DNA of 64,000 nucleotides from an uncultured Planctomycetaceae bacterium. GTDB lineage: Bacteria > Planctomycetota > Planctomycetia > Planctomycetales > Planctomycetaceae. The position numbers and the translations under genes were made by a program. The notes under the pieces were generated by a model. The model had not been told where the DNA came from, did not search any database, and saw only the letters and a program-made list of their open reading frames with translations. Below are positions 18,925 through 29,728 of the stretch, in pieces; position 1 is the first letter of the stretch; the number at the start of each line of letters is the position of its first letter. The stretch covers positions 152,260 through 216,259 of the forward strand of contig CAWFGE010000006.1 of NCBI GenBank assembly GCA_963815195.1, in the 5' to 3' direction.

Positions 18925-21900
18925 ATGTTTGAAAAAGTCGCCGACGCGGATTTTATCCGCGGGGAACATCAGGTCTTAAAATTCTGGGCCGAGCGAAACA
19001 TCTTCGCGAAGCTCCGCCAAAAAAACGCCGGGAAGCCCAAGTGGAGTTTCCTCGACGGCCCGATCACCGCGAACAACCCGATGGGCGTCCATCACGCCTG
19101 GGGCCGGACTTATAAAGATGCCTTCCAGCGATTTTTCGCGATGACGGGGCACGAGCTGCGCTATCAAAACGGCTTCGACTGCCAGGGTTTATGGGTTGAG
19201 GTCGAGGTCGAAAAGGAACTGGGCTTCACCACGAAAAATTCCATCGTCGAGCACGGCATCGACACCTTCGTCAATGCCTGCAAACAGCGGGTGCTCAAAT
19301 ACGCCGCCCGGCAGACCGAGCAATCGATCCGGCTGGGCTTCTGGATGGATTGGGACCACCCCGATGAACTCCGGAAACTCTCCGAAGCCGTGGGCAGCGA
19401 CTCTCCGATCTCTTACACCCCCGCAAGCGGCCAGCCCGAATCGGGGCCGGCCCATCAGCTGGTGGCCCGGTTGGGCAATCCCAATTGGGGCGGGAGTTAT
19501 TTCACGTTCTCCACCGAGAACAACGAAACCATCTGGACCTTCCTCAAAAAGTGTTTCGAGCGCGGCAAGATCTACCGGGGCTACGATGTGATGCCCTGGT
19601 CCGGCCGCGGCGGCAGCGCCTACAGCCAAATGGAAGTCGCCGACGGCCGCAAGCTGACGGTCCACAAATCCGTCTTCGTGCGGTTTCCAATCGTCTCCAA
19701 GGCGAGCGGGGGGCGTAAGCCCCCTGGTCATCATGAGAAAGAAAACGTTCCCGGCAATCAACAGAACCAGGGGGCTGACACGGGCACCGACCGAAGGTTG
19801 GTCGGCTCGCCGGAGAACGAATACCTCCTCGTCTGGACCACCACGCCTTGGACGTTGACCAGCAACGTGGCGGCGGCGGTCAATCCCGATCTGGATTACG
19901 TCAAAGTCCGCACCAACCGCGATAACGCCGTCTATTACTTCGCCAAGGAAAACCTGGAATACAAGCGCCTGGAGAAAGAGTTCAAAGAAGGTTTCGGCCG
20001 CCCCGAATGGCAATGGCCGGATGGCACCCCCAAGCTCAAAACCCTCGCTCAAATCTTCAAGGAACAAGGCGGCAGTGTTTCCAAATCTGGGTCGCGCTCG
20101 GGATCGAAAGAACAGTCCGCGTCTGGATCAGCTTCAGGGCCGAAAGAAAGATCCGTGTCTGGCTCTGGTTCAGGGCCGAAAGAAAAATCCGTATCTGGGT
20201 CCCGTTCTGGATCGAAATCAGCCTCGATGGGGGAATCGGCATTTGTTGTCGAAGCCGAGCTTAAAGGGGCGGAGATGATCGGCTGGCGATATGAAGGACC
20301 GTTCGACGAACTGCAAGCGCAGCGGCAACCTGGCGGATGGCTGGCATTTGAAGAAGGAGACGGTCACGGATTTGGCGAATATGGTACGCCTTGGGGTGAC
20401 GGATATGGAGGGGGAGACGAATATAATTTCCAATTCTCGTCGGTAGGGCAACACAGAGTTATTGATGGCGGTCGAGACACAAAAGGGCAATCCTATCGTA
20501 ACCGCGGGGGAAGGAACCGGGATTGTTCACATCGCACCAGGTTGCGGTGATATTGACCGAAAACTTGGCGAGGATCAGGATCTGTCCGACAATTGCCCCA
20601 TTGGGTGAAGACGGACGTTTGGTCGAAGGCTTCGGCGACTTCACCGGCCGGGAAGCCATCGACCCGGAGACGGCGAATCTCGTGTTTGAAAAACTCCGCG
20701 AGAAACATCTGCTCGTGGCGGTCGAGGATTATCCGCACATCTATCCCCACTGCTGGCGGACCGGGGACGAGTTGGTGTTTCGGCTCGTCGATGAGTGGTT
20801 CATCAACATGGACTGGCGGCAGGAGATCATGGAGGTCACGAAGGCCATCAACTGGAAGCCCGAAAGCATCGACGGCCAGAACCGCGAGATCGAATGGCTC
20901 ACCAACATGCGGGATTGGATGGTCTCCAAAAAACGCTTCTGGGGACTGGCGCTGCCGATCTGGGTCAACCCCGACGATCCAACCGACTTTGAAGTCATGG
21001 GTTCGCTCGAGGAACTCAAGGAGCGGGCGGTCGAAGGCTGGGACGAGTTTGAAGGGCAAACGCCGCACCGCCCGTGGATCGACCGCGTAAAGATCAAAAG
21101 CGAAAAGACCGGTAGGACGCTCTCGCGGATTCCCGACGTGGGCAATCCCTGGCTGGATGCGGGCATCGTGCCGTTCTCGACGATGATGTATAACACCAAC
21201 CCCGAAGAGTGGGCGAACTGGTACCCGGCCGATCTCGTCACCGAATGTTTCCCCGGCCAGTTCCGCAACTGGTTCTATTCGATGCTCGCCCTGTCGACGA
21301 TGATGCTCTACGACGACCCCGAGCGCAAAGACAACATGCAGCTCAAACGGCCGTTCAAAACGCTATTGGGCCATCGGTTGGTGATGGATGAGAAGGGCCA
21401 GCCGATGCACAAGTCCGACGGCACCGCGATCTGGTTCGAGGAAGCCGCCGAGCAATTGGGCGTCGATACGCTCCGCTGGATGTACCTCGCCCAGAACCCG
21501 GCCATCGATCTCAGGTTTGGTTTAAGACACCCCGCAGAACCCGTCAGGCTCGAAACGCCGGACGGCCCGATCACCGAAACCAAGGAAGGCCTGCCCACGT
21601 GCAAAGTCACCAGCGGCCCCGCCGACGAAGTCCGCCGGCAGATTTTGATCCCGCTGTGGAACTCGTACTCCTTCTTCGTGAACTACGCCAAGCTCGACAA
21701 GTTCGATCCCACGTCGTCGCGGGTTCCGCTTAACGATCGGCCGGAGATTGACCGCTGGATTCTTTCGAACCTCAACGTGTTGGTCGAAAAATCGCGGACT
21801 GCGTTTCGGGAATTTGAAGCGGATAAGGTGTGTGGGGGCATCGCGGATTTCGTGGATGATCTTTCCAACTGGTACATCCGCCGCAATCGCCGGCGGTTCT

Positions 21901-22866
21901 GGCGGTCGCAGGATGCCAGCGACACCGACAAGCGCGCTGCCTATCAAACGCTCCACGAAGTCTTGGTGACCCTCACAAAACTCATCGCCCCCTTGGTGCC
22001 GTTCGTGGCCGAGCGGATGTATCAAAACCTCGTGAAGAGTTGGGACCAGTCCGCGGCGGAGAGCGTGCATCTTTGCGATTATCCCGCACCCAACCGCGAG
22101 GAGATCAACACCGACCTCAACCTTCGCACCGCGACGGCGCAAACGGTCGTGAAGATGGCGTTGAAATTGCGGGAAGACAACAGCCTCCGAGTTCGGCAAC
22201 CGCTCGCGGAGTTGCAATACGCCTGCGATGATCCCGGGCTCGCCGAGGCCGATCGCCTCGCTGAGCGATGTGATCCAGGATGAGCTCAACGTGAAAACCT
22301 TGACCGCCCGCGAGAACCTGGACGACCTCGTGCACTATAACTACAAGCCCAATCTCAAAACGCTCGGCCCCAAATACGGGAAGCTGTTGGGGACCATCAA
22401 AAAGCATCTGCCCAACATCGACGCGGAAAAACTCGCCCCTTTGCGAAAGGGCGAGACGGTCACGCTGAACCTGGAAGGCGAGGACATCACGCTGGGGCCG
22501 GACGATGTTTTGGCCCAAGTCGAGCAGGCGGCCGATTGGGTGACGGCGGGCGAACGGGGCATTCAGATTGCGCTCTCCACGATGCTCACGCCGGAGCTCA
22601 AGCGGGAAGGCATGGCCCGCGATTTCGTCCGCCAGGTGCAGCAGTTGCGAAAAGAAGCCGACCTCGAAATCCAAGACCGCATCTGCATCTTTTATGCCTC
22701 GAATGATGAAGAACTGAGCGCCGCCATCGCCGAATGGTCGGATTACATCCAGAGCGAAACCCTCGCGGACAGCATCGAGCAGCCGGCCGAAGTTCCCGCG
22801 GACGCCAAACAGGGATCCGTGGGAAGTTTGAAGATTTATATCTGGATCCAAAAATCCCCCGGCTGA
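18925..22866 (+). CDS. ileS: Isoleucine--tRNA ligase (frameshifts near 20485, 20585, 22250; internal insertions)
   Basis: DGPITAN, HIGH-like [53 protein letters not shown]-like [28 protein letters not shown]. Confidence 0.96.
19701..19811. repeat. 111-bp palindromic element inserted in frame in ileS
   Basis: Arms ggcgagcggggggcgtaagccccctggt / accagggggctgacac...ggctcgcc; interrupts the usual [18 protein letters not shown] segment. Confidence 0.85.
20086..20229 (+). repeat. Diverged 36-bp tandem repeat x4 within ileS
   Basis: Units at 20086, 20122, 20158, 20194 encode [12 protein letters not shown] / [12 protein letters not shown] / [12 protein letters not shown] / [12 protein letters not shown]. 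Confidence 0.85.
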
Positions 22867-22898
22867 GACACGCTGACTTCAGTCGTTCCAATAATGCG

Positions 22899-22969
22899 AG
22901 AGCCGCGCACGAAGTAAGCGGTCTTGCGACTTTTGAATTCCGCAAACCGCTTACTTCGTGCGCGGCTCT
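22899..22969. repeat. Perfect 24-bp inverted repeat (REP-like) downstream of ileS
   Basis: agagccgcgcacgaagtaagcggt (22899-22922) / accgcttacttcgtgcgcggctct (22946-22969), plus inner ttgcg/cgcaa. Confidence 0.9.
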
Positions 22970-23076
22970 AAAGACGACTTCTCGGCGGTTATTGCGTTTT
23001 CCGGGGAATCGCGGACAATCGATATTGCCGAAGTCAGGTTGATCTGTTTCGTCATCTCGCCCAAAGGAGAGAAAGC

Positions 23077-24051
23077 ATGCGGTTTCCAGGGAACTCCAGC
23101 GTCTCGAATTGTCGAGGCAAGCGGGCGGCGTTGTTGGCGGGCGTTGTGTGGATCGGCGGATTGTTGTCGTCCGCCGCCTGGGCGCAGCAGGCCCTGCCGG
23201 AGCATTCGCTTTACATCATGGACGCCGACGGCGGCAATCGCCGGCTGTTGGTTCAGAGGGACGATTTCACCGCGACCGGTTCGCCGAGCTTTTCTCCCGA
23301 TGGAAAGAAATTGGCCTTCGACGCCTGGCGGTCCAAACAAGGGGAGAGTTCCTCGAAGGCCCATATTCTGGTCACGAATGCCGACGGCACCGGGCCCCAG
23401 GACCTGGGCGACGGGGCGATGCCCAGTTGGTCGGCCGACGGCAAGCGGATTGTGTTTACGCGGTATTCGCCGAACTCCGGCGTGTGGCTGATGAACGCCG
23501 ACGGCTCGAAACAGCAATTGATCGACGGGCAGGGCTGGTGCGGCCAATGGTCGCCCGACGGCAAGAAGATCGCCTACACCAAATATCACCGGGGCGGGGC
23601 GAACCTGTGCGTTTTTGATGTGAACTCCAAGGCCCAGACGTTTTTGTTCGAGTGGGACGAGGACACCGAAGCCTATCGCCAAATCTTTTGGAACTTCTGC
23701 TGGTCGCCCGACAGCAAACGGTTGTGCTTCAAGGCGCAGCGGCAGGATGGAAGCCACGAAGTCGCGGTCGTGAGCGCCCAAGGCCAGGCCGACGGGTTTC
23801 ATGCGTGCTTTCAGCTGGAAAAACCCGCCGCCGAGGATTTGGCCTGGCATCCCGACGGCAAAAAGATTCTGGTCTCGATGGACAACACAAAACAGAAAAA
23901 CACCCGGCAACTGTTTGTGTTCGACCCCGACAAAGACGAAGCCCCTAAACCGCTCGCCCATCAATCGGACGAGTGGGCCAACCTCAACGGCGCCTGGACG
24001 CCCGACGGGAAACGAATCGTTTTTTCAAGCCGCAAATTGGATCGGAAGTGA
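23077..24051 (+). CDS. Secreted TolB-like (PD40/WD40) beta-propeller protein
   Basis: Signal peptide; repeated (F/W)SPDGKKI motifs; AAGGAG RBS. Confidence 0.9.
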   Translation: MRFPGNSSVSNCRGKRAALLAGVVWIGGLLSSAAWAQQALPEHSLYIMDADGGNRRLLVQRDDFTATGSPSFSPDGKKLAFDAWRSKQGESSSKAHILVTNADGTGPQDLGDGAMPSWSADGKRIVFTRYSPNSGVWLMNADGSKQQLIDGQGWCGQWSPDGKKIAYTKYHRGGANLCVFDVNSKAQTFLFEWDEDTEAYRQIFWNFCWSPDSKRLCFKAQRQDGSHEVAVVSAQGQADGFHACFQLEKPAAEDLAWHPDGKKILVSMDNTKQKNTRQLFVFDPDKDEAPKPLAHQSDEWANLNGAWTPDGKRIVFSSRKLDRK

Positions 24052-24069
24052 GCGAAAGGAATTAATTTG

Positions 24070-24783
24070 ATGAAACAGATTGGAACTTCATTGTTGTTGC
24101 TTTGCGTGCTAACGCTTTTCGGGCTTGGTTGTGGCCAGAAGACTGAGGACGAAGAATCAAATCCCGCAAATGTTGCCTTTATCGATGTGAAGCGAAGCAG
24201 TTGGGACAAACTGAAGCAAATCGGCCTCGGGTTTTGGAATTTTCGCGACTTATATAACGGTTTTCCTCAACCTGGTCGTCATAAAGAACAAGACGTTGCG
24301 AAGCTCAGCGGAAAGCTGAGTTGGCGGGTTTGGCTGCTGCCGGGGCTTGATAATGCGCCGCTTTACGAAGAGTTTGATACGTCCCAAGATTGGGATAGTG
24401 AACGTAATCGGAAACTGATCTCGAAAATGCCCATCGTGTATAACTCAGTACCTCCCAGAAAAGACGGCAAGACGTCGTTCCACGTTTTCGTGGAGAAGGG
24501 TGCGCTCTTGACGGAATATCCCGGCCGTTTCGGTTACGAGGGGGATCGAGGTAAGATCATCCTGGCCATCGAAGCCGGGCCGGATAAAGCCGTGGAGTGG
24601 ACCAAGCCCGGTGGGTTGAAGTTTGATCCCAAGAATCCGAAAGCCTCGCTTGGGAATGTGCCGGATGAATTTCATGCCCTGATGATGGACGGCTCGGTTC
24701 GGAAATTGACGAAAGACATCACGAATGAAGAATTGCTGGAGCTGATAACAGGCGGCGTGCAGCCATCAGATGACACCGAATAA
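24070..24783 (+). CDS. DUF1559-like lipoprotein
   Basis: Lipobox-like LGCG; LKQIGLG, LSWRVWLLP, WDSERNRKLISKMP, WTKP, MMDGSVR. Confidence 0.75.
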   Translation: MKQIGTSLLLLCVLTLFGLGCGQKTEDEESNPANVAFIDVKRSSWDKLKQIGLGFWNFRDLYNGFPQPGRHKEQDVAKLSGKLSWRVWLLPGLDNAPLYEEFDTSQDWDSERNRKLISKMPIVYNSVPPRKDGKTSFHVFVEKGALLTEYPGRFGYEGDRGKIILAIEAGPDKAVEWTKPGGLKFDPKNPKASLGNVPDEFHALMMDGSVRKLTKDITNEELLELITGGVQPSDDTE

Positions 24784-24827
24784 ATGGCGCAGGCACGCGT
24801 GAACTATTATGAAGTGGTTTTGAAATC

Positions 24828-25607
24828 ATGGACACGGCGAATCTTCCCCAGGCGGCGCGGGCGGTGATTAAGTCGGCGGTGCCGTCGGCTTTGCTGCCGT
24901 TGACGTTGGCCAGGTCCTGCGTTCGCGAAGACGCCGAGCGTTCGGGATTCGATGCCGCGGGTTTTCCCGGGCGGGTTGTTTCGGACGTGGACCCAGAGCG
25001 GATTGTGCTCAAGCTGGACGTGCTGTCCGTGCTCGTTCCGGAAGCCGGGGCTTTGGATCTCGTCACTTCGCTCCAGCCGCAGTTAAAGCGGCACAACTGC
25101 CAGGCCCTGTTGACCGCGACGGACGCCAAAGAATTTTCGTACCTGTTCGGCGAAGGCGTGCTTTCGGGGGAGACCAACTACGACAAGGAATCGCTGATCG
25201 TGTTCTTCCAGGCGGATTCGCCCGCGCCGCTGTTGTGGGTTCGCGGAACAAACGGGGTCAACTACGACTTGGATACCGGAGCGATTTTGAACCGGCTGGA
25301 GGACTGGTCCGGGCGCTGCGAGTTTTCCCTTTTGGGGGCCGGCTTCGATTGGCTGGAGCTGCGGTTCGAGACGCTGCCCGTCAACCTGGAGGAGTTCGCG
25401 GAGGAAGTGTACGACTTCTGCCCCGACACGCTGGATCAAGGCATTGTCCTGCCTCTGCCCGAACACCGCGACACGCTGGATGAGACGGATTTCCAGGCCA
25501 TGGAAACCCTCGTGGACTGGATGGAAGACGGGGCCGAGGACCAATCCACCGACGACCTGGCGAACTACCTCAAACGCGAACGCCGATTGTACCTCTGGTG
25601 GGACTAA
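24828..25607 (+). CDS. DUF4253 domain protein
   Basis: GTNGVNYDL, GAGFDWLELRF, FAEEVYDFCPD, C-terminal LYLWWD. Confidence 0.85.
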   Translation: MDTANLPQAARAVIKSAVPSALLPLTLARSCVREDAERSGFDAAGFPGRVVSDVDPERIVLKLDVLSVLVPEAGALDLVTSLQPQLKRHNCQALLTATDAKEFSYLFGEGVLSGETNYDKESLIVFFQADSPAPLLWVRGTNGVNYDLDTGAILNRLEDWSGRCEFSLLGAGFDWLELRFETLPVNLEEFAEEVYDFCPDTLDQGIVLPLPEHRDTLDETDFQAMETLVDWMEDGAEDQSTDDLANYLKRERRLYLWWD

Positions 25608-25771
25608 CGGTTGCTCGCCGCGTTCTTTGCGATCGGCACGCGTCGATTCCTTCTGCTCGAACTGCAATCCGCGTGAGGAGGGAAGTTAGAAGATGGAGGA
25701 TGGCAAAACCTCCTATCTTCCATCCATCAGCGGATGCGATGTGGACGCCTGTCAGGACTGCCAAATGCGAA

Positions 25772-25800
25772 TTGACCCCCAGGCGGCTTTCTCCTATAGT
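25772..25800 (+). promoter_or_regulatory. Putative sigma70 promoter of the phosphatase-glycosyltransferase-kinase operon
   Basis: TTGACC-17 bp-TATAGT, about 95 bp upstream of ATG 25894. Confidence 0.6.
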
Positions 25801-25893
25801 CTCGCGGCTTGAGTCCTCCTCTCAAATTACCGCTCGGCACCGATCTCCCAACTTCAACCCGAAAACATCTCTGGAAATCCGCAAAGGAGTGCC

Positions 25894-26490
25894 ATGTCCA
25901 GGCGAACTGTCACATGGGTTTTGACCATCCTGGTTGTTCTTGGCGCAGTGGGCGGCGGGTGGGCTTATTATCATCACCATCGCTACAAGCACGTGGCGGT
26001 CCACCAGAAAGGCATGGTCTACCGCAGCGCCTGGGTGGAACCCGACGTGATGAGCGAGTTGATCGAAAAGTATCAAATCCGCGCGGTCGTCAATTTGTGC
26101 AGGCCCGGCGAAATGGGGGAAGCCCGCTGGGATGCGGAACGCGCCGCCGTGCGGAACGCGGGAGCGCGTCTGATTGAAGCCTCGATGCCGCTGACCGTCA
26201 ACGCCGACGACCCGGCCCTCGAGGAGCACATGGCGATTTTGAGCAATCCCGACAATTATCCCATGCTGGTCCACTGCCAGCACGGCGTGACCCGGACGGC
26301 GAAATTCCTGTCGATGTACGACATGGCCTTTCGCGGCGAGACGGCGGACCAAAGCCTGAAGGCCCAACCTTTGTTCGGCCGCGAAGATCAAAACGTCAAC
26401 GTGCGGGCGTTCGCCAAGAACTTCGAAAAAGAGCACAAGAAGATCTATCCTTATGCATCCGCGGGCAGCCTGAAAGTCCTGCGCCAATAA
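25894..26490 (+). CDS. Cys-based tyrosine/dual-specificity phosphatase with N-terminal TM anchor
   Basis: VYRSA, VVNL, HCQHGVTRT (CX5R). Confidence 0.85.
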   Translation: MSRRTVTWVLTILVVLGAVGGGWAYYHHHRYKHVAVHQKGMVYRSAWVEPDVMSELIEKYQIRAVVNLCRPGEMGEARWDAERAAVRNAGARLIEASMPLTVNADDPALEEHMAILSNPDNYPMLVHCQHGVTRTAKFLSMYDMAFRGETADQSLKAQPLFGREDQNVNVRAFAKNFEKEHKKIYPYASAGSLKVLRQ

Positions 26491-26542
26491 TAGCCGCGCG
26501 CGGAAGCACGCCACGGGGACATCCAGGGAGGGAGGATTTGCC

Positions 26543-27385
26543 ATGAACAGCCGGCCGCTGGTCAGCATTTGCATTCCGCATTGGCAAGTGCGGAAATACA
26601 TGACGCTGTGTTTGCGGTCCCTCCGCAAGCATTCGCGAAACGAAAGCCTCGAAATCCTCGTGGTGGACAACGGCTCCCAGGATGACAGCTTGGATTACCT
26701 CAGGTCCCTGGATGGGATCCGCCTCATCGAACGTCCGGACGAGGTGCACACCAACTGGCCGCTCAACGTGTTTACCGCCTGGGACCGGGGCCTCGAGGAA
26801 GCCCGCGGGACGTATTACCTGACGATGCACTCGGACGTGTTTATTCGCGAAGACGGCTGGCTCGCGCCCTTTCTTCGGGAAATCGAAAAAAGCGAAAAGA
26901 TCGCGGCATCGGGCGCGTGGAAACTGGAGCTCGAGCACCCGCTGTATCTTTGGCAAAAACGCATCGTCGGCTATCTGGCCAACCAGGCAAAAGCCCTCGC
27001 CGGGCGGAAGAAACGCGAGGCTTGGAAAAAAGCCCATTATCCCCGCGATTATTGTGCCCTGTATCGCGCGGACGTGATTCGCAAGCACAACCTCACGTTC
27101 TGCCCCGTCAACGGCTGCGGAGGCGGCGGATATTCCATCGCCCGCCAGCTTTGGGACCGGGGCTACGAAATGGGAATGATCCCCGTCCCCGAGCTGGCCC
27201 AAAAGGTCTTCCACGTGGCCCACGGCACCGCGGCTTTGGTTCCGGAAAAATCGCTCAATCACCGCCGCGCTCAGAAGAAGGTGGAAGACAAAGTGGACGA
27301 CTTGTTTTCCCAGGATTGGATCCTGGCCCTGGAAGCGGACCATTCGCTCGACCACTCTGCTGACGAAAGTTCCTTCGCCGCATGA
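26543..27385 (+). CDS. Glycosyltransferase family 2
   Basis: VSICIP, ILVVDNGSQDDS, HSD. Confidence 0.88.
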   Translation: MNSRPLVSICIPHWQVRKYMTLCLRSLRKHSRNESLEILVVDNGSQDDSLDYLRSLDGIRLIERPDEVHTNWPLNVFTAWDRGLEEARGTYYLTMHSDVFIREDGWLAPFLREIEKSEKIAASGAWKLELEHPLYLWQKRIVGYLANQAKALAGRKKREAWKKAHYPRDYCALYRADVIRKHNLTFCPVNGCGGGGYSIARQLWDRGYEMGMIPVPELAQKVFHVAHGTAALVPEKSLNHRRAQKKVEDKVDDLFSQDWILALEADHSLDHSADESSFAA

Positions 27386-28261
27386 TGCCCATTTCCGTTC
27401 CCCTCGCCCTTCGCGCTGCCAAGGAACTTCCAGGCTGGCTGGCCGGCTGGAATCCCCCCGGCGTCCGCGCGGTTCGGGTCCGAAGCGGCCCGCCGCTTGC
27501 TGATGCGAAACGCGCTGGACGACCTCGACCGCGTTTTCGATTTGGGGGATCGCTGCGTTCACGAACGCCGCGGCCGGGCGGTGACGCGGATCAAACTCGG
27601 CCAAGCCGACGGCAAAACGATCACCGCCTTCATCAAACTGTATTGGGGACGCCGGCGTTTGATACCGCGCTGGACCGACATGCGGCGCGGGCAGGCGTTT
27701 CAAAGCCTTCCCGTCCGCGAATGGGAAGGCCTGAAGCTGTTCCAATCCTTGGGCCTCTTAGTGCCCGAACGCCTGGCCCTGTTGCAGCGCGGATGGTTCT
27801 GGTTTCAAGAAGCCGTCATCGTCCGCCGAGTTCCTCCGCCGTATTCCCTGGATGAGATGCTCCGCAACGGCGATTGGAGACGGTTAAAGAACGAGGACAA
27901 ACGAAGCCTTGCGGAATCCGTCATGGAGGTAATGCACCGCATTCACCAGGCCGGCCTGGGATGGCGGGGCACCTGCACCCGGCATATTTTTCCGGAGCGA
28001 ACGCCGGACGGGCCCTGGCAGCTTTGGCTGATCGATTGCGAAGGCGTGCACCGCCAGGCGACGATGCGGTCCATGCTCCGCGACTACCGGAAGCTGCACC
28101 GCTCCCTGGAGATTTCCGGAGCGAATCGGACGACGCGGGAGCTGTTTCAAAGGCTGACCAAGGCCGCACTCGAGTCCGGCCCCGCCGCGCACGATCGCAG
28201 ACTTTCCGGCGGATTTTCCGTAAATCTCGACTTGGAACCGCGATTCAAGCTTACCACGTAA
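27382..28261 (+). CDS. Lipopolysaccharide kinase (Kdo/WaaP/InaA-like), probable frameshift at the C-run near 27455
   Basis: AFIKLY, REWEGL, MHRIHQAGL..RG....HIF, LIDCE; ATGA overlap with the upstream GT stop. Confidence 0.75.
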
Positions 28262-28266
28262 CGCGG

Positions 28267-28539
28267 TCAGAAAATCCACAAGCCGACGTACCAATCGAAC
28301 CATCGGCAAATCGCGTCGTTCTCGCAGGCGACGGCGATCGGGTAATACAAGTACCACAGGAATTGCGAGCCCCCCAAGCGATACGACTCATAGATCGCCC
28401 AATACATGGGACCGGTCGAAAGCACGTACAGCATCAGCACAACCGATACGCGAATATAGATTCGCAGAAAATGATTGAGCGAGTAAGACGTGGCGTGGGC
28501 CGACAACGCATTGCCGGGTTGCGATTCTGTCGTGGTCAT
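28267..28539 (-). CDS. Small hypothetical membrane protein
   Basis: LYVLSTGPMYW...LYYPI...WYVGLW. Confidence 0.65.
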   Translation of the reverse strand: MTTTESQPGNALSAHATSYSLNHFLRIYIRVSVVLMLYVLSTGPMYWAIYESYRLGGSQFLWYLYYPIAVACENDAICRWFDWYVGLWIF

Positions 28540-28714
28540 CCCAAGCAGGCATCCACCAAGAGGGTTTTTGAGAATCCATTTCGAGAAAGCAAAACAACAC
28601 GCGGAATTTGGGTGGTGCACTTTCTCTTTTTTTAGGATAACCCGCTGAGCGTCGATTGGTCAATTACCGTTCTCGGAATGCCGGTATTTTGTCGCTGAAA
28701 ACCGCCGGGGCTTC

Positions 28715-29728
28715 TCATAATAACCCGTGTTCGCGAAACCAATCCATCGTCTGGGCCATGCCTTGCTGAAAATCGATTTGGGGATCGTATCCCAATTCCC
28801 GCCGGGCTTTTCCGACGGAAAAATCGAGGTTCAGGCCCAGAAACTTGAGCCGGGCCTTCGACAACAGCGGGGCCTCTTTCTTGCCGAGCATCTTCCAAGT
28901 CCCCTCCATGACTTTCGCCAGCACGCGGGCCACGGGCAGCGGCACGTGTTTGGTCGGCACGGGATAGCCCGCCGCCTTCGCGATCGCATGGATGAATTCC
29001 GTTTTGGAAACCAATCGCCCGTCGGTGATATTAAAAATCCCGCCCACGCAATCGTCGCGCTCGACGGACAGAAACACGGCGTCCACGAGATTCCCCACGA
29101 ACGTGTTGTTCATGAGGTTCTCGCCCGAACCCAAAAACGCAAACTGCTTCGACTTCAAGCGCTCGAAAATCCGAGGGAGCACCGTGCGGTCGCGCGGTCC
29201 ATAGATAAAGCCCGGCCGCAGAATCGTCGCGGGGAGTTGATTGCTTTCGATGTGCTCTCGCACCAGGAGCTCGGCCTCGACCTTCGTCAAAGTGTAGCCG
29301 TCGATCCCGGCCGTGCTCACGGGCGTCGATTCCTCCGTCCCGAAATGGTCCCGCGCGGGATAAACTCCCAACGAGCTGATGTGGACGAACCGTTTCAGCA
29401 CGCCGGCAGCTTCCGCGGCCGAGAGCAAACTCTCCAGGCCACGCACATTGATCTCGCGGTACGCTTCCACCGGTCCCCAATCCCCGACCTTCGCCGCACA
29501 GTGCACAATGATCGTCGCATTTTGAACGGCCTTTTGCAGCGATCCCGCATCCGCCAAATCGCCGTGAGCGATCTCGGCGCCCCAGGATTCCAACAGTCCG
29601 GAATCGCTCGCGGGCCGAACCAAGGCGCGGGTTCGAATCCCCCGCCGAGCGGCGGCTTCGAGGACATGGCTCCCCACCAATCCCGTCCCGCCGGTGACTA
29701 ATATCAAGTCGTCAGGTTCGATCTTCAT
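28715..29728 (-). CDS. NAD-dependent epimerase/dehydratase
   Basis: LVTGGTGLVG, HCAA, HISS, YTLTK, LRPGFIYGPRD. Confidence 0.92.
   Translation of the reverse strand: MKIEPDDLILVTGGTGLVGSHVLEAAARRGIRTRALVRPASDSGLLESWGAEIAHGDLADAGSLQKAVQNATIIVHCAAKVGDWGPVEAYREINVRGLESLLSAAEAAGVLKRFVHISSLGVYPARDHFGTEESTPVSTAGIDGYTLTKVEAELLVREHIESNQLPATILRPGFIYGPRDRTVLPRIFERLKSKQFAFLGSGENLMNNTFVGNLVDAVFLSVERDDCVGGIFNITDGRLVSKTEFIHAIAKAAGYPVPTKHVPLPVARVLAKVMEGTWKMLGKKEAPLLSKARLKFLGLNLDFSVGKARRELGYDPQIDFQQGMAQTMDWFREHGLL

Noticed and set aside
20086..20229. 36-bp repeats as a CRISPR array or DGR repeat
   Set aside because: The units are contiguous with no spacers, lie in frame within ileS and vary at all base types; no cas or RT genes are present.
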